A stretch of 64,000 nucleotides of DNA from Antedon mediterranea (taxonomy: Eukaryota; Animalia; Echinodermata): contig NC_092672.1 in the NCBI RefSeq assembly GCF_964355755.1, positions 27,844,437 to 27,908,436 of the forward strand. Reading direction: 5' to 3'. Position numbers and translations under genes: made by a program. The stretch's first letter is position 1; each line of letters starts with the position of its first letter. The notes beneath the pieces were generated by a model. That model was given only the letters and a program-made list of their open reading frames with translations. It was not told the DNA's origin and did not search any database. Below, piece after piece: positions 38,133 through 47,977 of the stretch.

Positions 38133-40033
38133 GGATCTGGCTCATTGCCACTAACCTGACGCAAACGGCTCGCTAATCTCGGACACTCCCTGCGGAAGTG
38201 TCCCACCTCCTTACATTCAAAGCAAGCCAGTTCGCCTGGTCTCAGGAAACGCATGAGCTGATCCAATTGATTCCGCATGGCGGCAATCTCCGTGTTCACG
38301 GTGTTCTCCACCCGTCCCAGATTGGTATTCAACGTCTGGAAATTACCCTCCACAGTAGCCAAACGGGCTTCTGTAGTAGGAGTATTGTTGGTGGGTGGCA
38401 CCGACGTCACAGTTCGTTGCTGGTTCTGGCCATCAGTAGGTGCGGGTTCCGGAGGAACCCAAGCTGGTGCTGGCCTTTGAAACGTTACACGGTTTCCCCT
38501 CATAGGCCTCCCTCGCACCTGCTGAATGGACACCTCATCGCCAGTTTCACCCTCGGTATCGTCCTGGTCTTCTGAAGGTAGCTGAAAAGATAGTGGGGGT
38601 GCAAAAGAAGTACGGACCGTGGACCTAACATGAGGTTTCACGGTATCCTTAACCTTACTCTTACGTTTACTATATAACCCCCTATAACTATCATATTTTT
38701 CAAACTCCCTAATAGCTCTGGGAATAGTTGAGCAGTGCTTGTGCATGACGTGCCTACCTACTTCTGCATCACTGCACCCAATACAAAACCTAACTACGGC
38801 CTGCTCTTGGATCCACTCCTTGGGCAAATCCTTAAACGCCTTTCTAGTCAAGGTTAGCACTCTATCTCCCCATTCCTCTACAGTCTCCCCCTCATTTTGC
38901 GTAGCAGTCTCTAATTTAGCTTGGAGGACTGCGGGGAGCTCGTCCTCACTAAAACGTCGGTTGAAAGCTTTAATGATCTGCCTAAAGCCCAAATCAGCGT
39001 CCATTTCTATCAGATTCACATAGAACTCAGCCGCCGCCCCGTCTAAACACCAAGTAAGGACGTCCTTACTTTCACGGTTTGTGAGTTCCTGCTCCTCTAT
39101 AAATGAAGCCAACCGCCGCTTAAAGAAGGACCAGTTGTCTCCCCTCCCCCTAAACGTTAGAGACCTAGGTATATCTTTTTTACGCATCCTCCTACGTTCT
39201 AAAAAACCCTGCCGGCCTTCATAGTGCCTGATTCTTGGGGTCGCCCTAAGACACTCCACTGCTGTCCTAGCCCCTGCACTATGTCTATCCGACTGTCTAT
39301 CCGACTCTCTACTCCTGCTACTATCAGTATCAGCACCATCCCCACTAAGGTCACTATCGCTGGCCGATGGAGATCGCCGGCGAGCCCTAGTTTTAGACCT
39401 AGCGGTTTTAGATAGTCTCCTGGGGAGTCTTTCCTCCTCGTCCTCCCTAGAGCTAAAACACGAGTCTAAGGTTATCGGAGATGGCTTTTTGATGTAGCTC
39501 CTACGTTGTGTTGACCTATTCTTACTCCTATCCTGGTCAGAACGCCCAGCGAAGGTGGATGGCGTATAAGCCCCAAGCCCACCTTCGAGATAACGAGGAT
39601 CACTAGCAGGTCCTGTAGTATAATACGTACCTGGTACGTCTAATAAAGGAGTAGCCTGGGGCGATGAGAGGACGTGGTATCGACCACTATGGCCCCCGTC
39701 ATTTTTCCCCCGATATGCCCCTTCCATACCTACAGATTGTGAGACCTGCGACCCCTTTCTGGCCGCTCTATTTTGCTTCTCCACTAGAGGTGACACATTA
39801 TCAATCATCTGGCCTACGCCTCCCCCTAAACTCGGATTCGGCTGAAAATCCAGGTAATCCACCAACCTGGCAGTACCAGCTACTCCGTGTATCTGATTAA
39901 TATTAGAGGGCGTAATGTTGCCATGGGTAGCCCGCCATTTAATTATTCTAGTTGCTCGTTTCTTCCCTACATTAGGGACTCCATGAAGATCTTGCACTGG
40001 GCAAAAGTTAACTAGAACCTTATTAGACGACAT
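38120..40033 (-). CDS. gag: Gypsy Gag (N-terminal helix-hairpin-helix, RS-rich region, capsid, CCHC knuckle), 637 aa
   Basis: VNFCPVQDLHGVPNVGKKRATRIIKWRATHG.I (ComEA-type HhH); capsid-like WSFFKRRL..CLDGAA..QNEGETVEEWGDRV; CFECKEVGHFRRECP. Confidence 0.9.
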   Translation of the reverse strand: MSSNKVLVNFCPVQDLHGVPNVGKKRATRIIKWRATHGNITPSNINQIHGVAGTARLVDYLDFQPNPSLGGGVGQMIDNVSPLVEKQNRAARKGSQVSQSVGMEGAYRGKNDGGHSGRYHVLSSPQATPLLDVPGTYYTTGPASDPRYLEGGLGAYTPSTFAGRSDQDRSKNRSTQRRSYIKKPSPITLDSCFSSREDEEERLPRRLSKTARSKTRARRRSPSASDSDLSGDGADTDSSRSRESDRQSDRHSAGARTAVECLRATPRIRHYEGRQGFLERRRMRKKDIPRSLTFRGRGDNWSFFKRRLASFIEEQELTNRESKDVLTWCLDGAAAEFYVNLIEMDADLGFRQIIKAFNRRFSEDELPAVLQAKLETATQNEGETVEEWGDRVLTLTRKAFKDLPKEWIQEQAVVRFCIGCSDAEVGRHVMHKHCSTIPRAIREFEKYDSYRGLYSKRKSKVKDTVKPHVRSTVRTSFAPPLSFQLPSEDQDDTEGETGDEVSIQQVRGRPMRGNRVTFQRPAPAWVPPEPAPTDGQNQQRTVTSVPPTNNTPTTEARLATVEGNFQTLNTNLGRVENTVNTEIAAMRNQLDQLMRFLRPGELACFECKEVGHFRRECPRLASRLRQVSGNEPDPLNE

Positions 40034-40841
40034 GATCTAAAAATCGTCTCTCTTCTATTGGGTTGTTATGCTCCTAAATCTAGTTACAGTGTATGGCAGA
40101 TGTTATTAAGCAAAGAGTACGATACAAATTAAAATACCGCCAGACGTAATAAAAATTACAGGCCCAACAGTAGAATAAAATATCGTCAATGCAGTAACAC
40201 ACACACAATATTGCAAAATGGTTGTTGGAGATGCAAATATAATAAAATATTTCACCAGCAAACCTGCAATGAGAAACTAGATTATTCAAAAAGACGTCAA
40301 TACAGTTTAACAACACTTACCACTAAACCTTCCCCCGATGCAAAGAAAGGAGAGCGATAATGCCACTGTGAGGTTAACACAATAATACGCACAGCCAATA
40401 TAATTTCTCAAGATGAAAAACCTGACTGACGGACGAAAAAGATGTTATCAATAAAAAACAATCAAATTTAAAATTAGTGGTGCCACTCAGTTCAACGGCC
40501 ACGCCTAGTATCCCACCAGGTGATACGGCCTAGTAAACTGCCCACTAATCCTTCAACTATAGCAAAATAAATACAACTCCCGGTACGCATCGACTACCCC
40601 GTCGATACGCTAATCAGCAAGTATCCAAATGCCACAATACTGCGTGATTAACTTTACCGGTATGTTGTAACCTTCAACAAATATACCAACTTCAATAAAC
40701 TAACAAATGCACCGTAAGTACAATAAGTTAATAATTTCAGCAGAGGACGAAATACCTCGCAATCAACCCGATCACGTTAAGAATGCCAGCTGGCAATCAA
40801 GGCACCCGCCTCCCCACCAAAAAAAAAAATTTCCGAGCTTT

Positions 40842-40855
40842 TGCTCGCAGCGCCA
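40842..40855 (-). promoter_or_regulatory. Primer-binding site, probably tRNA-Ser
   Basis: TGGCGCTGCGAGCA lies 1 nt inside the 5' LTR boundary and is complementary to a tRNA 3' end ...UGCUCGCAGCGCCA, which resembles tRNA-Ser acceptor ends. Confidence 0.7.
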
Positions 40856-40856
40856 A

Positions 40857-41154
40857 TGTTGTGATTTTAGGTCGGTGCTGAAATGGCCTGATAATGAAAG
40901 CTACTAGGCTTACCTTAACAGTCCCGCCTGTCCTAAATCACACAAGTATCCGTAAGCAGTAAATCCAAATATCTTGGTCAATTCCGGTTGTGTCCGTTTC
41001 TCCTTGGTTCCTGCCTCGAATAGATCGGTTCGGCCGGCGTCAAGGCCCCACGTTAACATTTGCATACCCCCTGTATGCAAATCAAGCTATCGGGGCGACG
41101 CCCTCGTTCGGTTGGAGGGGTGGTCTGTTTACCCAGCGGGCGCCGTTCACAACA
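40857..41154 (-). repeat. Gypsy 5' LTR
   Basis: 298 bp, TG...CA, followed by the TSD ATTA. Confidence 0.95.
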
Positions 41155-42000
41155 ATTACATGGCTGTGTACGACTGCAAATTGTCTTATTGGCCTCTACA
41201 TAGTACTAGCCTATAGTAGGCTAGAAACAAAGCCCAACAATACTATATTATTAACCTATTATTAGCCTACATGTCATTACCACACAAACGAGATTTATTT
41301 CCATTCATTCATGATCACTTTTGTTATTTTGGCCTACTAGGCTAGGCCTCTAAAGTCTAGCCCTAGGCCTCTAGTAGTTGTAGGCCCAAACTAGCTACAG
41401 TAGTACTACTGTTCTGCATGTTGTATTATCACTACTCTAGCTAGTGTCGTGATGACATGCATGGCTGCTATTTTAACATATACTAAGCCTAGGCTAGCCT
41501 ACTATTCTAAAAATAAAGCAAACTAATCCATGCTGTTTTAGTCTGTCTCCGTTTCCTTAAACTAAAAATATCCTATATTTTTAAATTTTCCTTCAATTTT
41601 TTTCATACACAATTGCAGGTGATTTCCAGTTTACTTGAATACAACCAACAAGGCTATAAACCAACCAAAAAAGTACAGCAGTACAATTTGAAGGGTAAAT
41701 ATATTTATGTATACTTTCTTTCTTGGAATGATCCAAGAAAATAGTTATTTATATGGCCTTTGGCCCAAATAATATACAATGTAACAATTCAATCAATAAC
41801 ATTAGAGTGCGTTTAAGAATTCTGTTCTACGTTAAAATGAAAAAAATATATATATTTTCCAAGCTTAGTAATGAGATATTTGTAGTAGACATAAGATAAA
41901 TATATTTTAATTTAGAGGGGTTATTTGTATAAAATGAAAATATATTTAGATCTAATATCTGAATAAAAGGGACAAACTAAAGTGAAATGATACTCATCTT

Positions 42001-42856
42001 CAATAGAGAGAAATGGCGAACCGACGTCTAAAATCCGAGTGGGTATAAAATCATAACAAACCGTTGAGGGCGACACATTTCCTATGTTTATACACGTGAA
42101 TCATGGCGTTGTCTAACCAATGTTGTTGCTGTAACGCTCATAATTCTTGTTGTATTTGTGTATTTACACAATAAAACAATGAAATATGTATAAAAGTCAT
42201 CCATCATTCACAATCATATTCCTAAAAATATCTCATATCTGTATAGGTCTACATTAGACTTGGCCTATAGTATTATAATAGAATGGTGTTATCAAGTATT
42301 CATTACTGGCGGTAGCCCCCTGCAGGAAGCATCACTAGCCACATAACAAAATGGCAGTTGTCAAGCTGAAACTAATGCTAGGCCTACATCTACTAGAGAT
42401 GCTCTATTTAGTCTTACTACCTAGCTAGGAGACGCCTAGCAGCACCCTAGCTAAAGTAGTAGTAGTGGGTACAGTACGCAATAACGAATTTCCAATATTA
42501 TTATTATTATAATAACCGATAATCCGTGCTAGGCTCGAGGTACTACAGCATACATGCCAACTATCTAGGGCCTAGAGCTGGGTACAGTATATAACAAAAA
42601 CGCGTCTTAATTCAATCCAAATTAAAATAAAATATGTTAAGATTTGCCCATATAACATTAAAATTGTTAAGGGTGTTGCAAAAAAAAAAGATACTGCTAT
42701 TATGTGTGTTTTAAACGTTCTTTTCTACCTTCCTTTTTAACTCAACCCATCGGAATTTCCCATACAAAAACATGTGGCGAAATGGTTTGTTTACAATCTA
42801 TACCCACTCGGTGAAATTTGAGTGACGTCATCGCGGTTCGCCATTTCTCTCTATTG
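42001..42856. mobile_element. Non-autonomous DNA transposon, 23-bp TIR, 3-bp TSD, nested in the EnSpm-like element
   Basis: ctt|CAATAGAGAGAAATGGCGAACCG ... CGGTTCGCCATTTCTCTCTATTG|ctt. Confidence 0.8.
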
Positions 42857-45690
42857 CTTGTAGAGAACATAATTTGGATAATCATTCTTTAATTTCTATT
42901 AATATATGATTCCATCTTCCTTTTTCAGTAAAACAGTATATAAATTGATACTTGAGATTTGAATTTGATTTATTCCTTGTACTACCAGTATATTATTTAT
43001 TTAATCAATTTGTTTTGGTTTTTCTCTTTCAGGACTAATTTTGTCAACATGACTAAATAAAGAAGGTGGCCATAACTTCATAAATATATTACTGAATAAA
43101 TGCTAGACCTCCATTTTCATGGACCTGTAAAAAGGAAACGGCAGGGATATGCTGACATTTGTGTAGATGTAGGGGTTATGCAGGTCGTTAAGACCTTTGT
43201 GGGGTAATTAACTACAGTACTGCAGAATTGAAAGTAACTACTGTAATTGTAAATATTAAAGTTAATAAAATAAACAGTTAAACAATAAGTTCTGTAGTTT
43301 GTGTAATTTGTTTTTGTACTGAAATTTACCAGTTGGGAAAATTCTCAACTGGGAAAAATGTACAACTGGGAAAATTTACAACTGGGATTGATCACACCAG
43401 TTGGAAAATTCACAACTGGGATTATCAGACCAGTTGAGAAATTTACAACTGGTAAAATTTACAACTGGGATTATCAGACCAGTTGGAAAATTCACAACTG
43501 GGAAATTCACAACTGGTAATTGTCTCAATTCACAACAGGGAAAATTCCCAACTGGGAAATTTCCCAACTGGTCTTCAACTGGAATTTTTACCTGGGCTGT
43601 ATGTAATTTTAAGCGGATCAAGCCAAATAATAATGCATTTCAGCTTGACCATTGTTATGCCGATAGGTTCCCTTGACCTTTTGTGTATCAAATAAAATTC
43701 ATTAGTTATAATTAATCCATCAATCATTATCCATCAACCATTATCCTTCAGCTTTTTAGTGCATTGTGTTTCAAAATGTTTTTGTGTACAAAAAATGTGG
43801 GTTATAAACATGTTTTACTAGTCTATTAAATTCTAATCCCTCAATTTTCACAGGCTTTATATTATTGAATTTTATTGAAATTTAAATAGGTATGATTACA
43901 TTTTAGTTGAATAATATTATTATAATATATTATATTTGTATTTTTACATCTCACTATGTCGATCGGTTGGTCGGTCGGTCGGTAAACACTAACCCAAATT
44001 TGAGCACGCGACTGAAGCCATGTATGACCTTGTTAATTTCCAAAGATAGAACAACAATATTGTATCTTATGTTATATTTTTTATGCGGACATAATTTGTT
44101 GAAATGAATGTTGAATAAATGAGCTATGGTCAACAAGAAAAAAACTACAATAAAACAATTTAAGAAAAAATATAAATTGCAAAACCTGTCCTATAATAGT
44201 GTTCTCTCCACAAAAAATAATTTCACAAAATTCAACAAGTCTTAAACTTTATTTGCTTTTCGTAAAAGTAAAGTTAACTGAGATGATAAAAAATGCCATA
44301 ATAATAAAAATAAAAGTAATGAAAAAAAAATGAAATTTGTGATTTCAGGGTAAAATTGTATAATCAGATATTTTAAACATAACTTGTTTTCTAAAACTAT
44401 GGCATAATAATAAAGTAAGTTATTTATACAATATAAGTTCCATGGTAACTATAAACAATACTACATTGTAATATTAAAATACAACTAAAATATGTAGGCT
44501 ATAAATTAAAAAAACCTTTAAAATTGTTTAATCTAAAATAAAATTCCTACATACATGCACAATGTTTTTCTATGACGTATTATTGTGCTTATGTAACGTT
44601 TATTCTTTTTTCTAAAAAAACTTCTTTTCACTATAAAATCGTATACAAATCAGATGCTATAGGTTTAAATATATATATAACAAAATAATGGAAATGTATT
44701 ATATAACACTCAGAAAAAAATTGATTGTAAGTCGATAGAAATAATGAAATTTCTAATCAATAAAACTATTTTAAAAGTATGTACTATAAATTCATAAAAC
44801 AGTTACATGGTTGACAGAAATGAAAATAGTTGATAAAATAGCTACCTTTACAGAAAATCATATCAAATATTGGCAAATTAGCAACATTGGTATGCCAACC
44901 ATTACTGTTATTTTGTGTCGTTTTCATTCAACTTATTAATTTCAAAATATGTAAACAATTTTAAAATAACTTGTTTTTACATATTGAAAAAATAATAAAA
45001 TCATGAATGGCTTTCCAACAAAACTGCATATTTGGTCAATGTTAACATTTACATATTATTTTAAATATTTTTTTCACAATTTGAATACAGTAATTAGAGA
45101 CACACATTGAACACACTGATACTAATGATATGTGTAAGTTGTGTGTTTTATTATGTCCTCACTTACATAGCATCCATGCTTTGTGTTATTTTGTTTTTTT
45201 TTTATTTTTATCTTTTATTACAGTAGACGTTGACACAATTGACTTACTTTCAGGTTTTTATTTTAAATGCAATATCTAAAAGCATCATATAGAATAATTC
45301 ATGTTTTATAATGTAAAATTGCCATGACAGCAATGAAAGTACTAATTATGATGCATGAATAATAATTTCTTATATTCAGAGTAAACCCTGTTGACCTTTG
45401 ACATAGGGTAATGCAGCATTTAAGAAAACTCACTATATTTAGTTGCAGGTGTTTTGAACCTTGATTGGTTATTAGATTGATTGCAAGTAAGCAGCTCCTG
45501 GTTGGCTGCAAGTACAACAGCCCCTAATTGGTTGCAAAAACAGCAAACCTTGATTGCAATCAACTGTCCTGTGATAAAATCACCTGATTGGCTATAAGTA
45601 ACAACAGTCCTGATAGGTTGAAAACTGTTCTGAATGACTTATGCTTGACATGAACTTTACACCTTTATATACTTATGAATAATTAATTAA

Positions 45691-47787
45691 TTAATTACAA
45701 GGGCCTACATTCTCTCCTCCTACAGCTTCTGATTGAAGATTTACTTCTCCTGAGTGAATCTGTAATTTTGATATGCATCCCACTATGCCCATTGTGAACT
45801 GGCCACCTGTGTGCCTTGAAACATCTGGTGCTCCACCTGCGAAGAAAAACAAATTTACAATTATATACAAAAGAATTAAATCATTTTACACATTTTATTT
45901 TTTCTTTCTGTTGATATTTCTAAATGGGTAAGGAAAGTTGTGCTGTTCACATCTGAGTGCAATTCAGCCCAGTAGGCAGCGAGTCGGAAGTTATTCCTCA
46001 GCATTTTGGTAATAAATGTTTATTAGTGAAATGGATAGAGTATTTTCAATAGTTAAATAAATCAATCAATCATATCAAGTCATAACAATATTTAATCTAG
46101 GTCCTATTCCATGAATACAAAACATTCATTACCTGTTGTGAAAGCTGAAGGCTAGATTTAGAGCATACAAAGAAATTTTGCGGAATTTGGAAGAGGAGCG
46201 GAGCCATATTCAAACAGACAAAATTCTTAAAATTGTTTACAAAAATGTATAATGTACCACCTAACTGTGAGGATTGATCCAAATAATGCATGTCAAGTGA
46301 TACAAATAAACCAATCAAATGGCAAGGATATGTTATATTATATATTTACCCAAGTAAACTGGACCAGGAACATCCAACCTGACATTTTGACCCTCAGCTT
46401 CACCTGATGCTTTGTTGACATTATCATCAACTGTCAAATAGCCTAGAGTGCCGCTCCTTTGAATGTAGGCTACATGTTCAACGTCATCATCAACTCTGAA
46501 CGCAGTCCACTTGATTTCTGCAATGCCCGACCCAAGTTGGAACCTGCACCAAAAAAAAGGATTGAAATTGTTTGATAAAATCAACAAGTTGTGAGAGAGT
46601 TAAATTTATAATTATTCTAACCATCACATAATAGACATGTCCATAGAAATGATAAAAAGATAAAAAGATAGAAATCAGATCATGATTATTTTACTGAGAT
46701 CAATTGTTGGGCCAATACGGTTGTGTTCAATCACTTGAAAATACTAAATTAAATGCTGATTCGTTGATTTTATCTTATGAATTAATTTTATATCTATATA
46801 TAAATTATGGTTAATTCTGACATAGGCAAGCACAATGCAAAAACTTCGGTATAAATCTCCGCCTTATCTATCTTAGATGTACCGGGAAACGTACATTTGA
46901 TAACATTAGTTTTCAGTACTACGCTATTTTTCCATTTTTGTCTTTTACAATGACAAAATTTAGCGTTACCTAGCAAAATTTGTGGATATCACAGGGTTAT
47001 TTTCACACTCGCGCTGTTGTTCAACTGGCTTGCGGCAAAATGGCCGTTGGTGGCGAAATTCAATATTAAATACAAATATTTTAGTGGTTCAACGTATCGT
47101 GAACAAGGCCAACTGCAATTAATTTGTTTTAGATATTCAACTAATCAATTATATTTATTAAAGGCATTTACTTTACGTGAACTACAATTTGTTTTAGTAA
47201 TTTAATTATTATTGAAGGCGTTTACTTTTACATGAACTACAATGTGATTTTAGTGATCGTGAACTACAATTTGTTTTAGTAATTTCACTATTATTGGAGG
47301 CGTTTACTTTTACGTGAACTACAATGTGATTTTAGTGATTCAACTGAATCGTGAACTACAATTTATTTGTTTTAGATATTCAACTATCAATTATAAAGGC
47401 CTTTACTTTACGTGAAATACAATTTGTTTTAGTAGTTTAACTAATTATTTATGCTATTTATTAATCATTCTATCAAATTTAAGTGCGATTCAATGTTACT
47501 ATAGGAGGCTAATTGAACTAATTATTTATGCTATTTATTAATCATTTTATCAAATTTAAGTGCGATTCAATGTTACTATAGGAGGCTAATTGAACTAATT
47601 ATTTATGCTATTTATTAATCATTTTATCAAATTTAAGTGCGATTCAATGTTATTATAGGAGGCTAATTGAACTAATTATTATTGCTATTTATTAATCAGA
47701 TAAAAATATCACATACATAAAAACTAAATAACCGTCTTTAATGCCTAGAGAAATGAAGTCTCTCTGTCTGCCGGCCTCACCAGCTTC
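45691..47787 (-). pseudogene. Duplicated last three perlecan-like exons (copy 1)
   Basis: Exons 47787-47717, 46543-46350 and 45836-45691 appear identical to 61636-59540; the upstream exons are not in the duplicated unit. Confidence 0.8.
47100..47700. repeat. Intronic tandem repeats (gtgaactacaat units; 77-bp unit x3.4)
   Basis: 77-bp period at 47441, 47518, 47595 and 47672; also present in copies 2 and 3 (~54020-54620, ~60950-61550). Confidence 0.8.
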
Positions 47788-47977
47788 CTAAAATATTAAG
47801 AAAAAAAGTAAATTTTAAAACTTGATTACATAAGTTTAATGAAAGATTTATGTACGTTTGGTTAATATGGAACCTAAGGGTACATCATAGATACATTAAA
47901 CGGACTCAACAAAGTGAAAGGAGGTTGATTGTAGTGTACATTAGGGAGTTTTCGCAACCTTACGAATACGAAAACGA

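Larger units (their letters stand above)
33355..41154 (-). mobile_element. Intact Gypsy/Ty3 LTR retrotransposon (7.8 kb) with HhH-Gag and PHD-integrase
   Basis: 298-bp LTRs TGTTGTGA...TCACAACA; 4-bp TSD ATTA (33351-33354, 41155-41158); PBS TGGCGCTGCGAGCA; PPT ...ACGGGAGGAG; open gag and pol in PR-RT-RH-IN order. Confidence 0.97.
32257..43596. mobile_element. Non-autonomous EnSpm/CACTA (CMC)-like DNA transposon hosting nested elements
   Basis: TIRs CCCAGGTAAAAATTCCAGTTGA...TCAACTGGAATTTTTACCTGGG. A 2-bp TSD (CT) is shown by the empty site tactct|gtatg in copies 2 and 3 (50520-50531, 57442-57453). Subterminal CAACTGG repeat arrays at both ends. Confidence 0.88.
29709..47977. repeat. Tandem segmental duplication, copy 1 (~6.93-kb unit interrupted by an 11.3-kb insertion)
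   Basis: 29709-32256 plus 43597-47977 match copies 2 and 3; the ORF tracks repeat at fixed offsets. Confidence 0.95.

Noticed and set aside
43376-43695. ORFs with GKFTT/ENSQL repeats
   Set aside because: They are read-throughs of the CAACTGG subterminal array.
45925-46005. GC-richer intronic stretch as a snoRNA or ribozyme
   Set aside because: No convincing C/D or H/ACA boxes or ribozyme core found by eye; an Infernal/Rfam search would be needed.
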